Shown: piece after piece, positions 43,077 through 51,831 of the stretch | Layout of the letters: each line of letters starts with the position of its first letter | How positions within the stretch are numbered: position 1 is the stretch's first letter | Assembly (NCBI GenBank): GCA_947629815.1 | Contig: CANRFG010000001.1 | Location: 27,468-91,467 of the forward strand | Direction of reading: 5' to 3' | DNA from: an uncultured Bacilli bacterium | GTDB lineage: Bacteria > Bacillota_I > Bacilli_A > RF39 > UBA660 | Length of the DNA: 64,000 nt | Notes under the pieces: generated by a model | Databases searched by the model: none | Told to the model about the DNA's origin: nothing | Seen by the model: the letters and a program-made list of their open reading frames with translations, nothing else | Translations under genes and position numbers: made by a program

Positions 43077-46000
43077 ATGTCTTTATTTGATAAAATGTTT
43101 GAAATTGATAATTCTAATTCACAAATATTGGGTTTAAATGATAGTTTAAAAGCACTATATATATACGATTATTATAATAAAACAAAGGCATCATTACTTA
43201 TTGTAACAAGTACACTATATGAAGCAAATAAACTTTATCAAGAAATAAACTCATATACACCAAATGTGCTTCTTTTTCCAATGGATGATTTTCTAACAAG
43301 TGAGGCTTTAGCGATTTCTCCTGAATTAAAGAATACAAGATTAGAAACATTAAATTCGTTACTAAAATCTAATAGTATAGTTGTTACAAATTTAATGGGT
43401 TATCTAAGATTTTTACCATCTAAAAAAGTATACGAAGAAAGCATAATAAATTTACAAATAAATAATGAATATAGTAAAGATGATTTAATTAAAAAAATGA
43501 CATATTTAGGATATACCCATGAAACAATAGTAGATAAGACAGGTACTTTTGCTTCTAGAGGATATGTATTAGATATTTTTCCTATATCTTATTCAAATCC
43601 AATAAGAATAGAATTTTTTGGAGATGAAATAGAAACAATTAAAGAATTTAATGTCGATAGTCAGCTTACGATAAGTATTAAGGATAAAATAACAATTTAT
43701 CCAAATACAGAATTTTTAATTGGAAAAGATTTAATAATAGAAGATTCATCTCAAAAGAATTTAAAACAATATACTGATATTTTTAGTTTATATGATTTTA
43801 TGAATAAACCTGTTGTATTTTATAATGATTATGATGGATTAATAGAAAGTTATAAAGTTTTATTACAAGAAATTGTAGATTATAACGAATCAAATGATAT
43901 AAAAGACTTTGAATATATGAATGATTTTTATAAAATAATTCCATCTAATTATAAAAATTTTTGTAGTTTTGATAATGTATCAGGTAATAATATTGAAAAA
44001 TATACAAGTAACGATGTTGAAAATTTTATAGGTAGTATAAATGATATATATAAAAGATTAGATTCATATATAAAACTTAAAAAGACAGTAATAATTTGTT
44101 TATCTGATAGATATAAGGTAGATAAATTTTTATCTGATTTTGAGTATAAAAATATTGTTCTTACAAATGAAAATGACATAATTGATAACAAAATTAATAT
44201 TATAGTAAAATCTATAAAATCAGGATTTGAGTATAAAAATTATGTAGTTATTTCAGAAGAAGAATTGTACAATAAAAAATCTTTACAATTTAAATATAAA
44301 ACTAATTTTAAAATAGGTAGTAAAATTAAAGATATAAATAAATTAAATGTAGGAGATTATATTGTTCATTATGCCCATGGTATAGGAAGATATATTGGCA
44401 TAAAGACTTTAAATAAAAATGGGTTTAAAAAGGATTATTTAGAATTAGAATATAAAGATGGAGATAAACTATATATACCTGTTGAAAAAATAGAATTAAT
44501 AAGTAAATATTCGTCAAATGAGGGAATTGTTCCTAAAATAAATAAATTAGGTTCATCTGAATGGCAAAAAACTAAAATGAAAGCAAGGGAAAAAATAGAA
44601 TCTATTGCTGCAGATTTACTTAAGTTATATGCGCAAAGAGAATCTTCTTTAGGAATTAAATTTAAACCTGATAGTGATGAACAAATAGAATTTGAAAAAT
44701 GTTTTCCATATGATGAAACACCTGACCAATTAAGAGTAACTGAAGAAATTAAAAAGGATATGGAAAGTAGCAAACCTATGGATAGGCTATTATGTGGAGA
44801 TGTTGGATATGGTAAAACAGAAGTAGCATTTAGAGCCATTTTTAAGGCAATAATATCTGGTTATCAAGCTGCGATATTGTGTCCTACAACAATATTATCT
44901 AATCAACATTTTCAAAATGCAATAGATAGATTTTCTTCTTTTGCAATAAATATTAAATTATTAAATAGATTTACATCTACAAAAGAAGTAAAGGAAATTA
45001 TAAATGGATTAAAAGAAGGTAAAATAGATTTACTAATAGGAACACATAGAATTTTAAGTGATGATATAGAATTTAAAAAATTAGGTTTATTAATAATAGA
45101 TGAAGAACAAAGATTTGGTGTAAAACACAAAGAAAAAATAAAAGAATATAAAAATAATATAGATGTTTTAACTATGACTGCAACACCAATTCCAAGAACA
45201 TTACAAATGTCAATGTCTGGAATTAGAAGTTTATCTTTAATTGAAACACCACCTATGGATAGATATCCTGTTCAAACTTATGTTATTGCTGAAAATAATC
45301 AAATAATAAAAGATGCAATACATAAGGAGTTAGCTCGTAATGGTCAAATTTTTATATTGTACAATAGTGTTGCGTCAATGGAAAGAAAAAAGCAAGAAAT
45401 AAGTAAACTTGTTCCTGAGGCAAGAATAGTATGCGCTCATGGAAAAATGAATAAATCTGAACTTGAAAATATAATGCTTTCATTTGTAAATAAGGAATTT
45501 GATATTTTGTTATGTACTACTATAATAGAAACAGGTATTGATATACCAAATGCTAATACATTAATAATAATAGATGCAGATAGATTTGGCTTATCGCAGT
45601 TATATCAAATAAGAGGTAGAGTTGGTAGAAGTAATAAAATCGCTTATTGTTATTTAATGTATGATAAGCGTAAAATACTTTCAGAAGTTGCTATTAAAAG
45701 ACTTAAAGTAATTAAGGAATTTACAGAGTTAGGTAGTGGTTTTTCAATAGCAGTTAGAGATTTATCTATTAGAGGAGCAGGAGATATATTAGGTAGTGAA
45801 CAAGCAGGTTTTGTTGATACTATTGGAATAGAATTATTTACTAATATGTTAAGTGATGAAATAAAACGACAAAAAGGTGAAGTTGTTTTAGAAAAATCAA
45901 ATATAAATGAAGTACCACTTCTTGAAGTAGAAACAACTATTGATGATGAGTATGTATCAGAAGTTCCTCTTAAAATAGAAATTCATAAAATGATAAATAG

Positions 46001-46370
46001 TATTGATTCTAATGAGTCATTAGATAAAATTAAATCACAAATTGAAGATAGGTTTGGTAAAATTACAGATGAAATGTACATATATATGAATGAAGAATTA
46101 TTTGAGAAAAAAGCAAGAAATTTAGGAATAAATAAAATTAATCAAACTAAAACTTATGTTGAAATTATTTTACCTCCATTACTTACTATGGATATTGATG
46201 GAGAAAAATTATTTATGGGTGCGAATTCAATAAGTAGAATGTTTAGATTTAGTATGAAAAATAAATCTTTAAGTATAATATTAGATATTGTTAAATTAGA
46301 TAAACATTATATATATTATTTGATAGAACTTTGTGATTTAATAAATAATTGTATTAAAAATAATGAATAA
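43077..46370 (+). CDS. mfd: Transcription-repair coupling factor
   Basis: VHYAHGIGRY, ETPDQ, CGDVGYGKTEVA, IDEEQRFG, TATPIPRTL, QIRGRVGR. Confidence 0.97.
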   Translation: MSLFDKMFEIDNSNSQILGLNDSLKALYIYDYYNKTKASLLIVTSTLYEANKLYQEINSYTPNVLLFPMDDFLTSEALAISPELKNTRLETLNSLLKSNSIVVTNLMGYLRFLPSKKVYEESIINLQINNEYSKDDLIKKMTYLGYTHETIVDKTGTFASRGYVLDIFPISYSNPIRIEFFGDEIETIKEFNVDSQLTISIKDKITIYPNTEFLIGKDLIIEDSSQKNLKQYTDIFSLYDFMNKPVVFYNDYDGLIESYKVLLQEIVDYNESNDIKDFEYMNDFYKIIPSNYKNFCSFDNVSGNNIEKYTSNDVENFIGSINDIYKRLDSYIKLKKTVIICLSDRYKVDKFLSDFEYKNIVLTNENDIIDNKINIIVKSIKSGFEYKNYVVISEEELYNKKSLQFKYKTNFKIGSKIKDINKLNVGDYIVHYAHGIGRYIGIKTLNKNGFKKDYLELEYKDGDKLYIPVEKIELISKYSSNEGIVPKINKLGSSEWQKTKMKAREKIESIAADLLKLYAQRESSLGIKFKPDSDEQIEFEKCFPYDETPDQLRVTEEIKKDMESSKPMDRLLCGDVGYGKTEVAFRAIFKAIISGYQAAILCPTTILSNQHFQNAIDRFSSFAINIKLLNRFTSTKEVKEIINGLKEGKIDLLIGTHRILSDDIEFKKLGLLIIDEEQRFGVKHKEKIKEYKNNIDVLTMTATPIPRTLQMSMSGIRSLSLIETPPMDRYPVQTYVIAENNQIIKDAIHKELARNGQIFILYNSVASMERKKQEISKLVPEARIVCAHGKMNKSELENIMLSFVNKEFDILLCTTIIETGIDIPNANTLIIIDADRFGLSQLYQIRGRVGRSNKIAYCYLMYDKRKILSEVAIKRLKVIKEFTELGSGFSIAVRDLSIRGAGDILGSEQAGFVDTIGIELFTNMLSDEIKRQKGEVVLEKSNINEVPLLEVETTIDDEYVSEVPLKIEIHKMINSIDSNESLDKIKSQIEDRFGKITDEMYIYMNEELFEKKARNLGINKINQTKTYVEIILPPLLTMDIDGEKLFMGANSISRMFRFSMKNKSLSIILDIVKLDKHYIYYLIELCDLINNCIKNNE

Positions 46371-46410
46371 AAATATTTGTAAAATCCAAACTAAAAACGG
46401 TGATGTTTTT

Positions 46411-46947
46411 ATGAAAACAACAGGTATTGTAAGAAGAATAGATAGTTTGGGTAGAATAGTTATTCCAAAAGAGATGAGAAATTCACTTAGAATTATGGAA
46501 AATGATATGTTGGAAATAGCTGTTCAAAATGAAAGTATTGTTCTTAAAAAAATATCTACTTTTTCTGATTCAATGAATTATTTTGATGAAGTGTTAAAAT
46601 TAATTAGTAAATTATATGATTGTGATACATTTATTACAGATAGTAGTGTTATATATTACTATGAAGGTAAAAATAAAGATAAATATATTGGAAAAAATAT
46701 GAGTGAATATTTACTAAAATGTTTAAAAAATAGAAATGTTGTTAAAGAAAGTAATGTATCTTTTTTACATATCATAGATGACGAAAAAGAAAGTGGATTA
46801 AATTGTAATTATTTGCTTATTCCAATAATAGATTCTGGAGATACATATGGTATTTTAGGTTTTTTAAATTTTGATAATGTTGATAATATAATAAATATAG
46901 GTAAGATTATCGAAAAAATATTAAAATTAAAAGTTAGTAATATTTAG
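46411..46947 (+). CDS. spoVT: SpoVT-like regulator (AbrB N-terminal plus GAF-like domain)
   Basis: MKTTGIVRRIDSLGRIVIPKEMR; directly after mfd as in Bacillus. Confidence 0.85.
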   Translation: MKTTGIVRRIDSLGRIVIPKEMRNSLRIMENDMLEIAVQNESIVLKKISTFSDSMNYFDEVLKLISKLYDCDTFITDSSVIYYYEGKNKDKYIGKNMSEYLLKCLKNRNVVKESNVSFLHIIDDEKESGLNCNYLLIPIIDSGDTYGILGFLNFDNVDNIINIGKIIEKILKLKVSNI

Positions 46948-47117
46948 CAGATATTTAATAAAAAAAAGATTTTTTAGGTTGTCAAATAATGTCCAAAATT
47001 GTATCAAAAGTGTAAAATGTTGTAAATTGTCGTTTAAAAAATGTTTTATTTCATTGTTTAATGATTATATATGTGGTATAGTTTTAATGTTTTCATTTTA
47101 TAGAGAGGATGTCAAAA

Positions 47118-47279
47118 TTGGAACATTGTAAAAACAAGAAGTATGTATTACCGATATCTGCTATTTTATTATTTTTGTTAATTAGGAATTTAATATTAAA
47201 TTTTAATTATGTAGATGCTTTATATCTTTTTGCAATTATTTGTTTTGCGATAAGATATCAATTTATAAAAAACCAATAG
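47118..47279 (+). CDS. Small 53-aa two-TM membrane protein (not in ORF track)
   Basis: Promoter TTGTTT-17-TATAGT with extended TG (47054-47082), RBS AGAGAGG, TTG start; MEHCKNKKYVLPISAILLFLLIRNLILNFNYVDALYLFAIICFAIRYQFIKNQ. Confidence 0.55.
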   Translation: MEHCKNKKYVLPISAILLFLLIRNLILNFNYVDALYLFAIICFAIRYQFIKNQ

Positions 47280-47324
47280 AAAATTATATCTTAGTTATGA
47301 TATAATTTTTTTGGTGATTTTTTT

Positions 47325-48092
47325 ATGATGATTGATACACATTGTCATTTAGAACAAAAAGATTATGAAAATTTAGATGAAGTAATAAAAAAAATGGACA
47401 AGAATATAATAATAGCAAGTGGTACTGATATTGATAGCAACAAGGAAATTTTATCTTTGTGTCCAAAATACAATAATATTTATTGCACAATAGGTATTCA
47501 CCCTGAATTTGCCAATATAACTGCTGAAGAAATGAGTAATATGTTACTACATTTAGAACAGAATTTAAATAATAAATATGTAGTTGGTATAGGTGAAATA
47601 GGACTTGATTATCATTATGAAGGTTTTAATAAGGAAAAACAAATTAATTTATTTATAAAACAGCTTGATTTAGCTCGTAAATATAATAAAACAGTAGTTA
47701 TTCATAGTAGGGATGCAATTAATGATACTTTCGAAATATTAAAAAATTACAAGGATTTAAAAAAAGTAATTCATTGTTATAGTTCTAGTTTAGAAATGGC
47801 TAAAAGATTTATAGAAATTAATTGTAAATTAGGTATTGGAGGAGTTTTAACTTTTAAAAATTCTGATAAAATTAAAGAAGTTGTAAAAAATATTGATTTG
47901 AGTTATTTACTTTTAGAAACTGATAGTCCTTATTTAACTCCTGAACCTTTTAGAAAATATAAGAATGAGCCATATAATATTATTTATGTGGCAAAAAAAA
48001 TTTCTGAGTTAAAGGAAATACCACTTGAAATTGTTTTAAAACAAACAACTTTGAATGCAATTTCTCAATTTGACTTGAGTGTAACAATGTGA
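47325..48092 (+). CDS. tatD: TatD-family nuclease
   Basis: IDTHCHL, GIHP, GEIGLDY, IHSRDA, HCYS, LETDSPYL. Confidence 0.96.
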   Translation: MMIDTHCHLEQKDYENLDEVIKKMDKNIIIASGTDIDSNKEILSLCPKYNNIYCTIGIHPEFANITAEEMSNMLLHLEQNLNNKYVVGIGEIGLDYHYEGFNKEKQINLFIKQLDLARKYNKTVVIHSRDAINDTFEILKNYKDLKKVIHCYSSSLEMAKRFIEINCKLGIGGVLTFKNSDKIKEVVKNIDLSYLLLETDSPYLTPEPFRKYKNEPYNIIYVAKKISELKEIPLEIVLKQTTLNAISQFDLSVTM

Positions 48093-48134
48093 TATTCTTA
48101 TTTTGGGGGATAAATTAATAAACGAGGTGAAAGA

Positions 48135-48824
48135 ATGAGTTTATGCCTTTTTAAAATAGTAAAGGAATGGATTGGGATTCTTTTTGTTATGGTTAGTTCG
48201 TTGTTTATTAATAATTCAACTGATAAAGTAACTGTTGAAAATAATTTAGAAAATATTAATACATCTACAACTGCTGAAGTGATTGAATATGATACAAAAA
48301 AGATATATAATGATAAATTAGCTATTGGAACTACTAATGTAATAACTGAAGGTGAAGTTGGAATTGTTTATAATGTTGATGGTGAAGAGGTTAAATTAAA
48401 GGAACCAATTACTGAAGTTATTGAGATTGGAACAGGTGCTAAAGACACATATACAGGTAGTATTACAGGATATGGTGCAGATTGCCCTGGTTGTTCTGGT
48501 TTTGTAAGTTGTAAAACTAAAGAGGGTTCTTATAATTTAGCGCAAAAAGGTGAATATTATAATGATTCTGAGTTTGGTAATTTAAGAATAGTAGCTGCTG
48601 ATAATTCATTATTTAAGTGTGGTACAGTTTTAGATATTACATCAAATGGTAAAACTATAAATGCAATTGTTTTAGATACAGGTTCTGCTCTTAGAAATAA
48701 TTGGAGAAATTATGGTAAGATTGTAGTTGATGTTGCTTTTAAGACTGAAAAAGACCCTGAAGTATACAAGATAACAGATAGAAGCGAAAATGTTAAGTTT
48801 GCTGTTAAAAGATGGGGCTGGTAA
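48135..48824 (+). CDS. 3D-domain (YabE-like) cell-wall lytic protein with partial G5
   Basis: N-terminal anchor, KEPITEVIEIGT (G5 end), ITGYG, IVAAD, AIVLDTGSA, VDV; after tatD like yabE. Confidence 0.75.
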   Translation: MSLCLFKIVKEWIGILFVMVSSLFINNSTDKVTVENNLENINTSTTAEVIEYDTKKIYNDKLAIGTTNVITEGEVGIVYNVDGEEVKLKEPITEVIEIGTGAKDTYTGSITGYGADCPGCSGFVSCKTKEGSYNLAQKGEYYNDSEFGNLRIVAADNSLFKCGTVLDITSNGKTINAIVLDTGSALRNNWRNYGKIVVDVAFKTEKDPEVYKITDRSENVKFAVKRWGW

Positions 48825-48932
48825 AGTCCTATTTTTATTTAAATTTATTATATAAATCTGTAAAGTAGATATAATAAAAGTGTAAAGTTTTATACTTTTT
48901 TTCATTTTTTTTAAAATTATGCCCCAAACCAC

Positions 48933-48963
48933 TTGACAATTGTCATGGGGGGGGGGGCATAAT
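48933..48963 (+). promoter_or_regulatory. Poly-G (G11) phase-variable promoter
   Basis: TTGACA-ATTGTCAT-G11-CATAAT, 19-bp spacer; G9 would give 17. Confidence 0.8.
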
Positions 48964-48994
48964 ATAAGTGAACAATAGAAAGAAGGAAGTAAAA

Positions 48995-50065
48995 ATGAAG
49001 AAAAAAGGTTTTACATTAGTAGAATTACTTGCAGTAATAGTAATACTTGCAATAATAGCGTTAATAACAACACCAATAATAATGAATGTGGTTGAATCAT
49101 CAAGAAAAGGAGCAGCAACATCATCAGCATATGGGTACATTGATGGAGTAAAGATAATGTATGCAAAAGAAATGTTATCAGGAAGTGATTTTACATTAGA
49201 AGGAACATTTAATGTAGATGCAGATGGCAAATTAGAAGGACATGAAGTAGAAGTAGAAGGAACAAAAGCAAAAGGTGGATATCTAACATATAATAATGGA
49301 AAAATAACAAAAGGATGTTTAACAATAGGAGATTACAAAGTAACAATAGAAAATGATACAGCAAAAGAAACAATAAAAGGTGCATGTGAAGTTGCAGTTC
49401 CACAAGCAAAATCATTTGCAGACGATTCATGGGCAACAATAATAGCAAATGTAAGAGCAGGAAATACAGATGCATATAATGTTGGAGATACAAAAGAAGT
49501 AATATTAACAAGTGACGATGAAGAAATAGCAGGTACATATACACTTCGTATAGCGAATAAATCAACACCTAGTGAATGTTCACAAGAAGATTTTTCACAA
49601 ACAGCATGTGGCTTTGTAATAGAGTTTGAAGACATAATAACTACACATGAAATGGATACAAAAGATACAATTATGGGAGGTTGGCCTGCTACAGAATTAT
49701 ATGGTTATTTAACGAATAATATATACAATGCATTACCAAATGACCTAAAATTAGGGATAAGAGATACAATAGTAATATCAAAATCTGATTTAGAAGATAA
49801 ACCTATCCTTACAACAACAGATAAATTATACTTATTATCACCTAGTGAAGTATTTGGTGGGACAAAATCACTAGATTATTATAAAAACCATAATTCTTCA
49901 TGGTGTATAAAAAAATATAATGGTAGTGCAGAGAATTGGTGGCTTCGTGATGCCTATGCCTCATCAGGAGGTATTGAGTTTGAAAGTTTAGATATTGATT
50001 GTGACAATGTAAGTGTTAGCCCCACTAATATTAATGGCGTTTCACCAGCTTTTAGAATAGGATAA
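48995..50065 (+). CDS. Type IV pilin-like protein with C-terminal DUF6273-like (putative C-type lectin fold) domain
   Basis: KKGFTLVELLAVIVIL prepilin motif; DDSWATI, TDKLYLLSPSEVFG, WWLR, GVSPAF. Confidence 0.8.
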   Translation: MKKKGFTLVELLAVIVILAIIALITTPIIMNVVESSRKGAATSSAYGYIDGVKIMYAKEMLSGSDFTLEGTFNVDADGKLEGHEVEVEGTKAKGGYLTYNNGKITKGCLTIGDYKVTIENDTAKETIKGACEVAVPQAKSFADDSWATIIANVRAGNTDAYNVGDTKEVILTSDDEEIAGTYTLRIANKSTPSECSQEDFSQTACGFVIEFEDIITTHEMDTKDTIMGGWPATELYGYLTNNIYNALPNDLKLGIRDTIVISKSDLEDKPILTTTDKLYLLSPSEVFGGTKSLDYYKNHNSSWCIKKYNGSAENWWLRDAYASSGGIEFESLDIDCDNVSVSPTNINGVSPAFRIG

Positions 50066-50273
50066 ATCAAATTAAAAATATATATTTTATAATATTTATT
50101 TGCAACAACATAGGAAATATAAAATTTATTTCCTTTTTTTGTACTTATTATATGTATTATTTTTTAAATAATACATATAATAATATATAAATTATATAAA
50201 AATAATATTATTTTTATATTAAAATATTGACAAATTAATATAATTATTTATAATATTATTTATAGAAAGTGAG

Positions 50274-50603
50274 ATGAATATTATGGCTAATTTAACAACT
50301 GCTATAAGTGTTCAAATAGATAGAGATGATAAAGAAAAAGCAACTGAAATATTACAAAAATTAGGTGTTAGTATGAGTGGTTTAATAAATATGACTATTA
50401 AGCAATTAATAATGAGAGAAAGCATACCATTTGATGTATCAATTCCAAAGAAAGAAAATAATTTAAATAAGTATTTTACTAAAGAAGAACTTAATAAAAC
50501 TATTAAAGAATTAGCTTATATTGAGAAACATCCAGAAGAATATAAAAGTTACGACGATATAGAAGACTTAAAGAAGGCATTATTATCTGATGATGAATTA
50601 TAA
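50274..50603 (+). CDS. RelB/DinJ-family antitoxin
   Basis: VQIDRDDKEKATEILQKLGVSMSGLINMTIKQ...IPF; overlaps the toxin gene. Confidence 0.88.
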   Translation: MNIMANLTTAISVQIDRDDKEKATEILQKLGVSMSGLINMTIKQLIMRESIPFDVSIPKKENNLNKYFTKEELNKTIKELAYIEKHPEEYKSYDDIEDLKKALLSDDEL

Positions 50604-50877
50604 TATAAAATATTCAAAAGAATTTAAAAAATCATTAAAAAAAGTAATAAAACAGGGCAAGAATATTGATAAATTATTAGAAGTAGTAGATATGCTTTCT
50701 AAAAAGCAAAAATTAGATGAAAAATATAAGGACCATCCTTTATATGACAATAAATTATTTAAAGGGTGCAGGGATTGCCATATAGAGCCTGATTGGATAT
50801 TAATATATAAGTATTTAAATGATGAACTTATTTTATTATTAGTAAATACAGGTAGCCATAGTGAAGTATTAAATTAA
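50590..50877 (+). CDS. YafQ-family mRNA interferase toxin
   Basis: YSKEFKKSLK, KDHPL, RDCHIEPDWILIY, TGSHSEVL. Confidence 0.92.
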   Translation: MMNYNIKYSKEFKKSLKKVIKQGKNIDKLLEVVDMLSKKQKLDEKYKDHPLYDNKLFKGCRDCHIEPDWILIYKYLNDELILLLVNTGSHSEVLN

Positions 50878-50954
50878 TAATTCATTAAAAAATATTTTAG
50901 CTTTTTAATTGTATATTTAATATAAATAATTTATAATTAATAAAGGTGGTATAA

Positions 50955-51779
50955 ATGGAATATTCTCCAAAAAAAATGACTGAGAATTTAGAATTAAATA
51001 ATTTCAATTTTAAAAAAAAATATGGTCAAAATTTTATAATCGATGAAAACATAATTAATTCAATAATAGAAAAATCACAAATAGATAATGAAACATTAGT
51101 AATAGAAATAGGTGCAGGAGCGGGTTCATTAACAAATAAATTAGTAAAAAAAGCAAAGAATGTTTTATGTTATGAAATAGATGAAAAATTAAAACCAATA
51201 TTAGAAAATAATGTAAAATCAGATAATTTAGAAATAATATACAAAGATTTTTTATTATGCAATGTTAAAGAAGATATAAAAAAATACAAATATAATAAAT
51301 TATATGTCGTATCTAATTTACCATATTACATAACAACACCTATAATAATTAAATTAATAGAAGATAATTTATATGTTGATAAAATAGTAGTAATGGTACA
51401 AAAAGAAGTAGGAGATAGATTTAAGGCAGAACCTGGTAGTAAAAATTATAGTTCCCTTTCTGTTTATTTAAAATACTATTACGATATAAAAAAAATAATG
51501 GATGTTAGTAAAAATGTATTTATGCCAAAACCAAATGTTGATAGTATAGTAGTAGAATTTAAAAGAAAAGAAAATTTAATAAAATTAAAAGATGAACAAT
51601 TATTTTTTAAATTAATTAGAGATAGCTTTAAACAAAAAAGAAAAACAATAAAAAACAATTTAAAAGATTATGATTTAAAAATAATAGAAAATATACTTAA
51701 AAAACATGATTTTGATTTAAATGCAAGAGCAGAACAATTATCATTAGAAATATTTATTGAAATATCAAATAATTTATAA
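50955..51779 (+). CDS. rsmA: 16S rRNA dimethyltransferase
   Basis: KKKYGQNF, EIGAGAGSLT, YEID, VSNLPYYITT, FMPKPNVDS. Confidence 0.97.
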   Translation: MEYSPKKMTENLELNNFNFKKKYGQNFIIDENIINSIIEKSQIDNETLVIEIGAGAGSLTNKLVKKAKNVLCYEIDEKLKPILENNVKSDNLEIIYKDFLLCNVKEDIKKYKYNKLYVVSNLPYYITTPIIIKLIEDNLYVDKIVVMVQKEVGDRFKAEPGSKNYSSLSVYLKYYYDIKKIMDVSKNVFMPKPNVDSIVVEFKRKENLIKLKDEQLFFKLIRDSFKQKRKTIKNNLKDYDLKIIENILKKHDFDLNARAEQLSLEIFIEISNNL

Positions 51780-51831
51780 AAAAAGACATTATAAGACAAA
51801 TGCAAGTTTTATAATGTTTTTTGGTGATTAT

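Noticed and set aside
46975-47120. TGTCAAA/TGTCCAA motifs as Spo0A boxes
   Set aside because: None matches TGNCGAA exactly and such 7-mers are frequent in AT-rich DNA.
49930-50065. A complete diversity-generating retroelement
   Set aside because: No reverse transcriptase, avd or template repeat is visible in the window; kept only as a low-confidence remote-target hypothesis.
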